From positions 33,790,001-33,854,000 of the forward strand of contig OZ024752.1 of the NCBI GenBank assembly GCA_964016885.1: a DNA stretch of 64,000 nt. Reading direction: 5' to 3'. Shown one piece after another: positions 10,916 to 23,984 of the stretch. The DNA is from Eledone cirrhosa (lineage: Eukaryota). The notes beneath the pieces are model-generated. The model did not search any database. It was given only the letters and a program-made list of their open reading frames with translations, and was not told the origin of the DNA. The translations under genes and the position numbers were made by a program. Position 1 is the stretch's first letter. Every line of letters starts with the position of its first letter.

Positions 10916-12691
10916 GAACTTTGCTTGTTCTGTTGCTATAAATGAGTGTGTGTGATCTATGGTATTATAAACGAGCATGGTCTGGTGGGGGAATAGAGTA
11001 TCACAGAGAGAGAGAGAGAGAGAGATAAGAAGAGAAACAGTGTATTGCAGAAGATGATGAGAATAGAGACAGTGGTGAATGTTGTGAAGAGAAATAGACT
11101 GAGATGGCTGAGTCATGTGATGAGGAAAGGTGGATGGGAATGAATATTGGAAAAAGGAGATGATCAAGAAAGACATGGAGAATGAAATGTAACAAAAATC
11201 TTTGATGTTTTAACAGTTCTTTTGGTTCGATTTCTTACAAACCCCCCCCCCCCCCACACCTCTACCCCTGTTTTATTTTACTCTTTCTTTTTATTTGCTC
11301 TTATTGTTTTGTTTTAAATCCTTGTTTAACCCCCTGCCTGCCCTTCTCTTCTCTCTCTCCTCCTCTCTCACCCCTTCTCTTCCTCTCTCCCACCTTTCTC
11401 ACGTTTCTAGGTGACCGATGCATTGTTGTGCCATTTCTTGCTGGTAGAGGTGTAAGTAGGTTATGGCAAGCATGGCACATGTCATGGACTCCACATGAAG
11501 GGGGCGCCACTTGGACTGGGAGCATTTTCTATTAAATTCAGATAAGCTATCGTCGGAGAGTGAAAAAAGAAACTCCTTCAGATCTGTCTTTGATTATCTT
11601 GGGTGAGAAGCACTATGGTGGTTGGATCATTAAACCATTTATATAAATTATTTGGCCCATAGATAATAATACAGTGCTGGTAAGGGGTGCAGTTTCACTA
11701 CATTCCATAAGATCTTCAAGAATAGTCATAACTAGGGTGAATAGTCAGACTGGGTGATGTGTTGTTTCCTTGAGCAAGACACTTTATTTCACATTGCTCC
11801 AGTTTACTCAGCTGTAGAAATGAGATGATAGGGACTGGGGTCCATATCATTCCACTGCAAAGTGGTCGTGTAGGTGCCACGGCAAAAAAGCACACAGCAC
11901 TCACAGTAAATGAGGTGGGTGTTAGGAAGAGCATCCAGCCGTAGAAATCAAGCCAACATCAGTTCCCGTCCCACCCTTGCAAGCAGAGAAAAAGCGGACG
12001 TAAAATGAAATGATGATGATGATGATGATGAGGGAAAATAGCTCTTATGGCATGTAGTGAAACTGCACCCCTGCCCAACACTGGGTTATTTTCCCTAGTT
12101 ATGACTATTCTTGAAGATCAAGCAACTGTATCATGGCTTCAATGTTGGCTCAAAGGAAGATAGAAGTTCTAGTAGGCTCTAATCTAAGGTCTATTTGCTT
12201 GGAACCACATTTCTAGGTGATTTGTCTCAAAGTTAGAATAGTATCTATAACTAAGTCTAAAAAATGGTCGCAATAGAATTCTGATGATTGATGTCTGTAT
12301 ATGATGATGTAGCTTGTTTGTTGGTGTATAGAAAGGTTGTGTGTTCATGTACAAGGAGATGAAGGGGGTAAGAGGCCAGATTCTTGCAGTACCCATCAAA
12401 AGAGAGTTTAATATATTATTTTTGGGTGTTTATGAAAAAAAAACAAAAAAAAACAAAAATAAAACTTTTCTTTAGATGCTCAACCTGCTGTAAGTTGCAA
12501 CATAATCAATCCCCTTCAAACTACTCCCTATAGTAGTTTGAAGGGGATTATAGTGTCAAAAAGAGGAAATGTATATTGAAGAATTTATGTACGAGAATAC
12601 TGAGTGAGTTTTATGAAGAAGTTGACAAAGGAGAAAAAAATTACGAAGTAAAGGAGATATATGTATATCCTTACAAGCAGGGAAAGTGGAC

Positions 12692-13056
12692 GTGGTGGTG
12701 GTGGTGGTGGTGGTGGTGATGATGATGATGATGATGGTGGTGGTAATGATGGTGGTGGTGATGATGGTGGTGGTGATGATGGTGGTGGTGATTATGGTGG
12801 TGGTGGTGATGATGATGATGGTGGTGGTGATGATGAAGGTGATAATGGTGATGGTGGTGATGGTGATGGTGGTGATGGCGGTGATGGTGGTGATGGTGGT
12901 GATGATGATGGTGGTGGTGATGCTGGTGGTGGTGATGATGGTGGGTGGTGATGGTGATGGTGATGATGGTGGGTGGTGATGGTGATGATGATGATGGTGG
13001 TAATGATGATGATGGTGATGGTGATGGTGATGATGGTGATGATGATGGTGATGATG
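12692..13056. repeat. (GGT/GAT)n trinucleotide microsatellite
   Basis: Direct inspection. Confidence 0.95.
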
Positions 13057-13212
13057 TGTTTACTTCGAAGAGGAAAAAATATATATAAGCAAATCTAAGA
13101 GAAAAATTAATTTTCAAACACTTTCCTAGTTTAGTTTGTCAATTCAGCAATTTGGATATGAGAAAATGGTTTTATGGTATTTCTTTAAAAATCTCTTTAA
13201 AATAATTTTTAC

Positions 13213-13731
13213 AGATGGAAGCCTTGGAGTGGGGGAGACCCGAGAAGACCTGAGATGAGGTGATAAAAGCTGACCTTACCCAATTGCACCTCTTAAAGGT
13301 GATGACACAGGACCGAGACTTCTGGCATTATGCAGAAGACCCGACTTCCCACGGGTACAAGCCGAAGCTGAAGCATATAGACAGTATGCCCCCACCCCGC
13401 TCCCACAGTAAAGTGGTTGTGGAGGTGCCATGGCAAAAAAGCACCCAGCCCACACTGTAAAGTGGTCGTGTAGGTGTCACAACAAAAAGCACCCAGACCA
13501 CATTGTAAAGTGGACGTGTAGGCGCCACGGTAAAAGAGCACCCAGTACTCACTGTAAATGAGGTTGGTGTTAGGAAGGGCATCCGGTTGTAGAAATCAAG
13601 CCAAAATCAGTTCCATATGAGCAAGACATGGTCACCTGACTTAGCATTGCCCACAACAGGACAACCCGTCTAGCCGATGCTAGCATGGAAGAATGGACGT
13701 AAAACAGTAATGATGATGATGATGATGATGA
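13213..13731 (+). mobile_element. RTE LINE 3' fragment
   Basis: GRP..T.DEVIKADLTQLHL remnant, 3' UTR repeats, gttggtgttaggaagggcatcc motif and (GAT)n tail. Confidence 0.85.
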
Positions 13732-13961
13732 GATGGATATTCTTTTTCTCGGTACCCATGTAACCATGAAGTAAGAGTGATGTGCTTTATCAAAGAGCAT
13801 TGTAAAATACTTGTAACAAGGTTTGAATTTATTGTGCTTTTTAGTTTTTCTAGCAGTTATATTAGATGAAAAGTTAATTTTTTTAATTAATTCTGTATCA
13901 ATATTATCACACTTGACAGAATAAACCTAAAACGTACAATTCTTTAGCCACTTATTCCTGG

Positions 13962-14570
13962 GAGGTGTTGGTAGAATTACAAATTATAATGTATTACAGG
14001 TGTTGGTAGAATTACAAATTATAATTAATATATAACAGGTGTTGGTAGAATTACAAATAATGTATTACAGGTGTTGGTAGAATTACAAATTATAATTAAT
14101 ATATAACAGGTGTTGGTAGAATTACAAATAATGTATTACAGGTGTTGGTAGAATTACAAATTATAATTAATATATAACAGGTGTTGGTAGAATTACAAAT
14201 AATGTATTACAGGTGTTGGTAGAATTGTTACCAATTATAATTAATGTATTACAGGTGTTGGTACTAATTATAATTAATGTATTACAGGTGTTACCAATTA
14301 TAATTAATGTATGACAGGTGTTGGTAGAATTGTTACCAATTATAATTAATGTATTGCAGGTGTTACTAATTATAATTAATGTATTACAGGTGTTGTAACC
14401 AATTATAATTAATGTATTACAGGTGTTACCAATTATAATTAATGTATTACAGGTGTTACTAATTATAATTAATGTATTACTTGTGTTACTAATTATAATT
14501 AATGTATTACAGGTGTTAGTAGAATTGTTGCCAATTTTAATTAATGTATTACAGGTGTTGGTAGAATTCA
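13962..14570. repeat. AT-rich minisatellite (~30-48-bp variable units)
   Basis: tgtattacaggtgttggtagaattacaaattataattaa repeats. Confidence 0.9.
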
Positions 14571-14761
14571 ACGATAACAAATAATAATTGTTTCTACTTT
14601 TGGCACAAGGCCAGCAATTACCCAGTGCATTACTGGTACTTTATTTTATCGACCCCGTAAGGATGAAAGGCAAAGTTAACCTCGATGGGATTTGAACTCA
14701 GACCGTAAAGGGACGTAACTATGCAAATAATAATGGTAAACAAAGTACTGGAGCAGAGTTC

Positions 14762-15290
14762 ATACCCCCATCACACCAACCTGGGCTACCCACCATCACA
14801 CCAACCTGGGCTACCCATCATCACACCAACCTGGGCTACCCACCGTTACACCAACCTTGGGTTACCCACCATCACACCAACCTGGGCTACCCACCATTAC
14901 ACCAACCTTGGGCTACCCATCATCACACCAACCTGCGCTACCCACCATCACACCAACCTGGGCTACCCATCATCACACCAACCTGAGCTACCCACCATCA
15001 CACCAACCTGGGCTACCCACCATTACACCAACCTTGGGCTACCCACCATCACACCAACCTGGGCTACCCACCATCACACTAGCCTTGGCTACCCACCATC
15101 ACACCAACCTGGGCTACCCACCATTACAGCAACCTTGGGCTACCCACCATCACACCAACATTGGGCTACCCACAATTAGACCAACCTTGGGCTACCTACC
15201 ATTACACCAACCTTGGGCTACCCACCATTACACCAACCTTGGGCCACCCACCATTACACCAACCTTGGGGCCACCCACCAACACACTAGC
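14762..15290. repeat. ~25-27-bp minisatellite
   Basis: caccatcacaccaacc(t)tgggctacc repeats. Confidence 0.9.
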
Positions 15291-15699
15291 CCTCACCTCT
15301 CTTCAACATCACATCGGCCTTGTCCCCCACCCAACCATCACTTCAGTCTTAACCCACCCACCCACCACACACACGCAAATTATAAATAATTCAAAAATAA
15401 AAACTGCTTCATGTAGTCAGAGGTCAATAACAGAGGAATGTACACTTTGTATCTGATAAATAAAATATACAACACTACACTAAACTAATAAGAAATAAAC
15501 CGCTACCGGTACCAGATAAAAATGGTGGCAATCTAAACATAAAGTTGTACAAATAAAACAGAAAAAGGTATAAACAAACACAAAAGGAATATGTTTCTAG
15601 TGAAACATATTCCCTACCATCTCCCCTCCCAGAAACCTCTCCAATATCTCAAAGGATTTTCCCCACCCGTCTCAAGTTTCTGACCTCCTCTATAAAGTG

Positions 15700-16075
15700 A
15701 ACCCGCTGAAGCCACGACAAAAGAGCCCAGCCCACACTATAGGGGTCATGTAGGTGTCTTGACAAAAGCGAGCGCCCATTCCACACTGTAGAGTGGTCGT
15801 GTAGGTGACACGAGAAAAAGCACCTAGTCCACACTGTAAAGTGGTCGTGTAGGCGACACGAGAAAAAGCACCCAGCCCACGCAGTAAAGTGGTTGTGTAG
15901 GCGACACAGCAAAAAGCACCCAGCACACACTGTAAATATGGTAGAAACCAAGCCAAAATCAGTTCTGTGTGAGTGAATCACAGTCTCCCGACCTGATTCC
16001 TGACAAAAGGACAGCACGTCCTACCCATGCTAGTGGGGAAGATGGATGTTAAACAATGATGATGATGATGATGAT
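15700..16075 (+). mobile_element. RTE LINE 3' UTR fragment with about 5 internal ~48-bp repeats
   Basis: aaaaagcacccagcccacactgtaaagtggtcgtgtagg repeats and a (GAT)n tail. Confidence 0.7.
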
Positions 16076-16693
16076 AGTGAACCTGCATGCATAACTTACT
16101 GCAGATACTCTACTTCAAAAACAAAAATAATACAACAAGGTATTAGTAAAATAAAATGTGGAGGAAATAGCTCAGATCTAACTGTAATTAATGTCAGACC
16201 CCCAACAGACTAGCTAATGTAAGAAGATATATTCTAAAGAGATAAAAACGGAAAAACATCAGAAATGGAAGAGGAACATTTAAAAGAGAGAATACATCAT
16301 AAAATCAAAAATAAATCAAAATAATTAACAAAAACAAAACCGAAAAAAGCATACAGGAGATAAAACCCATGTACAAAACAGTATGGGTATGGTATGGATC
16401 TGTAACTCCTTTATTTAATTCGTACATGCATGGAGAGAGGGGATTGGCTCCACCAGGTTTTAAAATGCCCTAAGAAAAATCTCTAACTTTAGAAATGACG
16501 AAAGTTGAAACAACATAAGTCAAGGTATATATAACAAAGTGTGGTAAGATAACAGGTGGACCATAACACACCAGAGTACTCGATACTTAGGGTAGTAGAG
16601 TGGGTAATAGGAAAATAGTCAGGGGTCCTGACTCTTTTCCTATATATATATTTATATATATATATATATATATATATAGTGAAGACTAAAATA

Positions 16694-18045
16694 ATGTGAA
16701 GACTAAAATGCGAAGAGGGTTCAATAAGGAGAAATATATATCAAATACTAGCATTAAAGCCCGGCGTTGCTCGGGGTCATTAAGTTACCAAAGTTAGGTT
16801 GCACCACCCATTTTATGGCAGCACTTTTTGTCTGCCAGGCACTGGGTGAATGGAAGCAGGAGCTGCGCCAGCAGTGACAATTGTAGTTTCGCCTATGGAT
16901 ATTATCTCTGTGCAAAAAGTGTTGAAATTTATTGTTTCACAGTACTTGCGCAACACGCGCGTAGACGATGCCAGCCGAACAACAGAGCTGCGATGGAGTT
17001 GTTCTGCATGGTTGTCTGTGTGTTTTCTAAATTTAAGACAGTAGGGAGGGTTGTGATATGAGGGAGAGTTAGCTGTTGTTTCTAGCAGGTTTAGTAACCT
17101 CATAGAGGATATGTTTTCTAAATTTAAGACAGTAGGGAGTGGTGTGATATGGGGGAGAGTTAGCTGCTGTTTCTAGCAGGTTTAGTGACCTCATAGAAGA
17201 TATGTTTTCTAAATTTAAGACAGTAGGGAGGGGTGTGGTATGGGGGAGAGTTAGCTGCTGTTTCTAGCAGGTTTAGTGACCTCATAGAGGATATTATTGT
17301 GTATCATTATCTATAAAAGGCAGATTGTTGTTGTTGAAGTGAGTGTGTTTTTGTATGCGTTTGGAAAAGAGGTTTTAAAAAAGATTTATCGCTTGTTGTT
17401 GAATAAATGTATCTGTTGCTTTTGAATAATTGTCGTTTCGTATGAAATGTAATAATTTGAAGTATAAAAGAGAAAGTAGCAAAATGTGTGGGTTGTAGAT
17501 AGAGGGTTGCAGATGATATGACAGAGTAATACGGACAGTATCACCATCAAGCTTGGAAAGAGAAAGTAGCAGAAAGTATGAAGTTGTACAGATTTTGAAT
17601 GGTAGTGGAAAGTTTAACTGACAGAGAAAAATCGTAAAATATTGAGTTTTATCTATTTTTTGCGTAATTGTGGGTGAAATTGAAAAAATGAGATGTGCTA
17701 AGACGCAATCGAAACTATTTCGAATACTGAATTGTAAATTTCAATTGAAGAAATTCTATATCGTAGATTTCTATAAGAAAGGAGCCTGACCACACACTGA
17801 GCTTTATAGATTATGATATAAGAACCGTAGAGCAAATATTTGTTAAAATAACAGATTAAAGTTTAAGCAAAGAATCGCTGCTTTCACCCTTAACCGGATC
17901 TTCTGAAGATCCCGTTAAGGGTGAAAGCAGCGATTCTTTGCTTAAACTTTAATCTGTTATTTTATTAAATATTTGCTCTACGGTCCTTATATATTTGATA
18001 TATATTTATCTTTATTGAGCCCTCTTCGGATTTTAGTCTTCACAT
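16694..18045. repeat. Fold-back element (~140-bp arms, centre at 17903) interrupted by a Helitron; related fragment at 3271-3340
   Basis: 16694-16747 plus 17817-17902 is the reverse complement of 17904-18045. Confidence 0.8.
16748..17816 (-). mobile_element. Non-autonomous Helitron
   Basis: Minus strand starts TC and ends with hairpin cccgagcaacgccggg, 8 nt, then CTAG. It sits between A and T with no TSD; the empty site is readable from the opposite palindrome arm. It contains three 91-bp tandem repeats at 17021-17293. Confidence 0.8.
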
Positions 18046-18140
18046 TTATTAATATTACTACCCATGCTAGTGTGGAAGATGGACGTTAAACGAAGATGAT
18101 GATGAAACGGCTTGAGCTCTGCCGTCGGGGTCATACATTT

Positions 18141-18199
<59 letters not shown>

Positions 18200-18837
18200 T
18201 ATATACACACACACACACATACAAATTTATTATTATTATTAGTGGATTGGCAGTATTGGCAGAGGGTCGGACGCCATGCTTTGAAGCATAGAGTTACGAC
18301 GGCCCTTGCAATTCTGAGTTCAAATCCCGCCGAGGTTAACTTTGCCTTTCATTCTTACGGGGTCGATAAAATAAAGTACCAGTAATACACTGGGGTAATA
18401 GTTGGCCTTGTGCCAAAAGTAGAAACAATTATTATTATTTATTCATGTTTATATATGGAACAAAAGCGCTACCTAAGGTTTCAATATTTACCATATCTCC
18501 AGAATGTAAGAGGGGTCAAAATTGTGACCTAATCTTCAGGTGTTTTTATGAGTTTATCCATATACATATATTATGATATATACATATATGTAATGTTTTT
18601 GGATGTGTAATATTAGTGTGTGAAGATGATGATGTTAAAAGATTTATGACCAATGGGAGAAGACAACAGAAAACTACTTCAAAGTATTTTACTTAAACTC
18701 TAAATAACAATTGCTGGCTGTGTTTGAGAGAGAGAGAGAGAGCGCAATCAAATGTTTATAGGCTGTAACCTCATGACATAGCTTGATATTTTAATTTAAA
18801 AGAAAAGAACAAAATCAATCACTATATATATATATAA

Positions 18838-19975
18838 GGCGCCGGTCCCTTCCGGGAAATGGCCATGCTCAGTGTGTAGGAAAGGCGTAGGTAGAAACTC
18901 CATTTTATGTCCCAAATGCAAAGTATGGGTGCATAAAAGATGTAGTGGGATCACAGGTAAGCTAACTAAGAACACAGATTTTACATGTGGCCGGTGCTCT
19001 GGTGCAATAAGTAGCAGCAAGTGCCCACAAAATACTAGCTCTTTCAATTGCGCAGAGGGTTCTATAGAAATAGTGGACAGCTTCCGTTACCTGGGTGACA
19101 AAATCAGCAGTGGGGGAGGGTGCTCTGAAAGTACAGTAGCTAGAGTCAGAACTGGATGGAAAAAGTTCAGAGAGCTTATACCACTATTAGCCGCTAAAGG
19201 GTTCTCCCTAAAAAATGAAAGGCAGGTTGTATGATGCCTGCATACGAACAGCAATGTTGCATGGCAGTGAGACCTGGGCATTGTGTGCAGAGGATATACG
19301 CAGACTAGAGAGGAACGAAGCTTGCATGCTCCGCTGGATGTAGCAGACTCAGAAAAACCTGGGACGAGCTGATAAATTCCGACCTCACACACTTACACCT
19401 CTCCAAGACAATGTCACTGGACCGAGACCTTTGGCGGTACTCAGTAATAGAGAAGACCCGCCTTACCTAAATACAAAGTAAAACCTACTACAGTCAGCAG
19501 GCATCTCTAACAAAATACACCCCCGTCTCACCACCCCCACCCCATCCACACCGCCCCTTTCAATGTAAAGTTATGTTGGTGCCACAACATCCAGGCCGAA
19601 ACATATGAGATCGTGTAGGTGTCATGACAAAAAAAACACACAGTCCACGCTGTAATGTGGCCGTGTAGGTAACACGGTAAAAACCTCCCAGTCCCACACT
19701 GTAAATGTGGTTGGTGTTAGGAAGGGCATCCAGCTGTAGAAAACCTGCCAGACAGTCCACGCTGTAATGTGGCCGTGTAGGCAACACGGTAAAAACTTCC
19801 CAGCCCCACACTGTAAATGTGGTTGGTGTTAGGAAGGGCATCCAACTGTAGAAAACCCGCCAGACAGTCCTATGCGAGCAAGACAACCACTCTTGCCTCA
19901 AGTGGGAAAACTCCCGTCCAAACCCATGCAAGCGTGGCACACGGACGTTAAACGATGATGATGATGATGATGATA
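18838..19975 (+). mobile_element. Degenerate RTE LINE fragment of a second subfamily, with internal deletion
   Basis: CRKGVGRNSILCPKC..VHKRC..VDSFRYLGD..ARVRTGWKKFREL, followed by 3' UTR repeats and a (GAT)n tail. Its 3' part is also present at 28755-29205. Confidence 0.85.
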
Positions 19976-20024
19976 TTGAACAATAAAGGTTATTTTAATT
20001 ATGACAATTAGAAAAGTTACTTAC

Positions 20025-20234
20025 GCATTCCAACACCTGCTTCCATTTCAGAAAGCCTATCCATTGTATAATGGATAGCATCCGATCGTACTTGATAGTG
20101 GTAAGAAGCCCATCGTTTAAGTACATCCTCTTCCATTGTTAAAACATTAAACAAGTCCGGAATGGGATCCTTAAGGATTTCAATTGAACTACTTTTATAA
20201 GGTACCTCGTTTGGATCTGGTGGAGGACACAAAC
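20025..20234 (-). CDS. tsg: Twisted gastrulation homologue, coding exon 2
   Basis: Acceptor ttttctag|G and donor C|GTAAGT; 210 nt, phase 1/1. Encodes GLCPPPDP..KSSSIEILKDPIPDLFNVLT..RW, like the TSG motif KSTVEEL.EPIPSLFRALT. Confidence 0.9.
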
Positions 20235-21651
20235 CTAGAAAAGTTGAAACAAAGAGATTTAAGCATTGAGGAATTTTCAGTTGAGAAATAATAACAAAAG
20301 TCTTGAAATATAGTTGGCAAGGAAAATGTACAAATCTCTACTCCCCAACCGGTAGATAAATTTTGGTATGTTTTACCATTTTAATGCTAAGAAGAATAAA
20401 AAAGAACATCAAACAAAATTCTCTGGACACTTTATTTTATGTTGCTCTTCCTGCCAAGAGTTGCAACAGGAAATACCAATGGAAACATTGTTTCCTTTGT
20501 TTGATCTGATGAGTTCGACCCCATTCAGTAAGTGAATGAGATCTGGGATCATGTGGATTCCAATAATAAAAAAAAAAAACCTTCCAAAATCCCAACTGAA
20601 GCAACAACAGACATTTCATAACTTTCCTATGTTTCTCCTCCAAAACCCTAGAATGGCTCCCTCCTTAACATCATCAGTTCATGTATTTCCCTTTGAAACT
20701 CATAATATGGCTTCACACCACTTATGTTCAACTCCCAATTTACTCACAAATCTTACACAAAGAATATATGACAGCTTCAACAACAAGAAAACAAATGCAC
20801 ACCATCCTAACTGTCATAGACACGAGAAAAGCTTTTGACTCAATATACAAAGTGCTAAACACCTCCTTAAAAAACAATGCACAATGCTGGTTGTCAAACA
20901 TCTCTGGCCAAGCCTAAATAAAATACAATTATAATACAACTAGAATCTGTCATTTTTTTTTTTAAATGAAGGACTGCATTAATCTGTCTTCTCACATCTC
21001 TTTAACTGATTAATAACTCCTTCCCACAACTCCCACAAAACATGTATACCCCATACCATTCTCCAGACCTAACACCACAACAGTTCCAACTCTACAAATC
21101 AACCATCTAGAAATCTAGTTTTATACAAACATAATGAAAATTAGCAACCATATTAGCTACCATCTCCCTTCTTGTGTATCCATAGTTTATGTTGCTAAAC
21201 TGGCATATATTGGAATTTTGTGCTTAAGGGCTCTTGAAAAATCCCCTTAAGGGCTCTTATAAAACTTGACAAATCCCCTTAAGCAAGAAACCCATGGTTC
21301 TCAAGTTACTAATACAGCTTCACAGCTATAATACTAATAATGATTTCTGTTTCAGACACAAGGCCAACAATTTTAGGGGAAGGGAAAGTCAATTAAATTG
21401 ACCCCAGTGTGTTACTGGTACTATATTTTATTAACCCTGAAAGGGCAAAGTTAACCTTGGTGGGTTATAATAATAATAATAATAATGGTTTCTTATACAG
21501 GCACAAGGCCAGCAATTGGGGGAGAAAAATGTTGATTAAATCGATTCCAGTGTGTTACTGGTACTTTATTTTATTGACCCCGTAAGGATGAAAGGCTAAA
21601 TTAACCTGGGTGGGTTATGATAATAATACATACATGTATATATATATATAT

Positions 21652-22611
21652 TCAGCAGCTGTGCTGAAACAGCAAGCAAACAGCCACAGGAAACAAGTAC
21701 CACCAATCTCTGGGAGGGCCCTGTAGAAACAGTAGACAGCTTCTGCTACCTAGGTGACCGAATTAGCAACGGAGGTGGGTGCTCAGAAAGTACAATAACT
21801 AGGGTAAGAACGGGATGGAAGAAGTTTAGGGAACTACTACCACTGCTAGCTGCAAAAGGCTTCTCCCTCAGAATGAAAGGCAGACTGTATGATGCGTGTA
21901 TCCGAACAGCGATGTTGCATGGTAGTGAGACCTGGGCGCTGAAGGTGGAAGACTTACGTAGATTAGAGAGAAACGAAGCCTGCATGCTCCGATGGATGTG
22001 TAATACGTGAACGACAAAGCATAAATGAATTGAGAGAGAGACTGAGCATAAGAGGAATCAAATGCTGCGTGCAGGAGAGGCGGTTACGCTGGTATGGACA
22101 TGTGATGCGTATGAAGGATGACAGCTGCATAAAAAGGTGCAGAGCACTAGAAGTTGATGGAAACCGCGGAGTGGGGAGACCCAAGATGACTTGGGATGAG
22201 GTGATAAAAGCCGACCTTACCCAACTACACCTCTCAAAGTCAATGACACACGACCGTGACTTCTGGCGTCACGCAGTAATACAGGGTACCCGACCTCCCA
22301 TGGGTACATGCTGAAGCATATAAACAATATGCCCCCCCCCCCCCACCGCAAGGTGGTCGTGGAGGTGCCACGGCAAAAAAGCACCCAGCCCACACTGTAA
22401 AGTGGACGTGTAGGCGCCACGAAAAAGCACCCAGCACTCACTGTAAATGAGGTTGGTGTTAGGAAGGGCATCCAGCTGTAGAAATCAAGCCAGATCAGTT
22501 CCTGTATGAGCAAGGCATGGTCAGCCGACCAGACACTGCCCACAACAGGACAACCCGTCTAACCCATGCTAGCGTGGAAGAACGGACGTAAAACGGTGAT
22601 GATGATGATGA

Positions 22612-22615
<4 letters not shown>
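21652..22615 (+). mobile_element. 5'-truncated RTE LINE copy, nearly identical to 34243-35214 in the opposite orientation
   Basis: Same C-terminal ORF (ERLSIRGIK...GTRPPMGTC), same 3' UTR and (GAT)n tail; about 8-bp deletion near 22003. Confidence 0.92.
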
Positions 22616-22657
<42 letters not shown>

Positions 22658-22699
22658 CTTCAAAATATTAATAAATATAGACATTCATGTGATCAAATA

Positions 22700-22765
22700 T
22701 ATTTTATTATACATATTTCAGAGGTACTGAGCTATTTCATCAGTACGTCCTCATCAGATAAAATA
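22700..22765 (-). ncRNA. Minimal type I hammerhead ribozyme motif in a tsg intron (sense strand)
   Basis: Minus strand reads tattttat CTGATGA ggacgtactga-tgaaatagc-tcagtacctct GAAA tatgta TA ataaaata, with a perfect 8-bp stem I. Confidence 0.75.
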
Positions 22766-22818
22766 AATTGATGTCTGACATACCTCGACTGTGCTGATGG
22801 TTCAAATCCAGTCTTGGC

Positions 22819-22888
<70 letters not shown>

Positions 22889-22947
22889 AGTGAGGTTTTT
22901 TTTACAAAATGAAAAATAACCGAGGTGTCCTACACGAGTGAAAGTAT

Positions 22948-23984
22948 AAAGAAAAAAAGATGAAATCGAAAATGCAACTGGAGTCTTATTTTTTTTTTTT
23001 TTTTAAATATATATATTTATTTGGTTCCTTTACCGGTTTCGCAGTTCTTCTGCTTTTCAAAAGGTGAGTTGAGATGGAGGGTCTGTGGTTTTTCTCACAA
23101 ACCCTCCATCTTTTTCTCACAGACCCTCCATCTCAACTCACCTTTTGAAAAGCAGAAGAACTGCGAAACCGGTAAAGGAACCAAATAAATATATATATTT
23201 ATTTGGTTCCTTTACCGGTTTCGCAGTTCTTCTGCTTTTCAAAAGGTGAGTTGAGATGGAGGGTCTGTGGTTTTTCTCACAAACCCTCCATCTTTTTCTC
23301 ACAGACCCTCCATCTCAACTCACCTTTTGAAAAGCAGAAGAACTGCGAAACCGGTAAAGGAACCAAATAAATATATATATTTATTTGGTTCCTTTACCGG
23401 TTTCGCAGTTCTTCTGCTTTTCAAAAGGTGAGTTGAGATGGAGGGTCTGTGGTTTTTCTCACAAACCCTCCATCTTTTTCTCACAGACCCTCCATCTCAA
23501 CTCACCTTTTGAAAAGCAGAAGAACTGCGAAACCGGTAAAGGAACCAAATAAATATATATATTTATTTGGTTCCTTTACCGGTTTCGCAGTTCTTCTGCT
23601 TTTCAAAAGGTGAGTTGAGATGGAGGGTCTGTGGTTTTTCTCACAGACCCTCCCTCCATCTTTTTCTCACAGACCCTCCATCTCAACTCACCTTTTGAAA
23701 AGCAGAACAACTGCGAAACCGGTAAAGGAACCAAATAAATATATATATTTATTTGGTTCCTTTACCGGTTTCGCAGTTCTTCTGCTTTTCAAAAGGTGAG
23801 TTGAGATGGAGGGTCTGTGGTTTTTCTCACAAACCCTCCATCTTTTTCTCACAGACCCTCCATCTCAACTCACCTTTTGAAAAGCAGAAGAACTGCGAAA
23901 CCGGTAAAGGAACCAAATAAATATATATATTTAAAAAAAAAAAAAAATAAGACTCCAGTTGCATTTTCGATTTCATCTCTTTTT

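Noticed and set aside
12508-12550. Short hairpin aatccccttcaaactac..gtagtttgaaggggatt
   Set aside because: Single small palindrome with no family or function supportable from this window.
12661-13117. Poly-His / Gly-Asp ORFs
   Set aside because: Trinucleotide microsatellite with no splice or domain support.
16813-17103. ORFs inside the Helitron as captured gene fragments
   Set aside because: Short, with no recognisable motif and no Rep/helicase signature.
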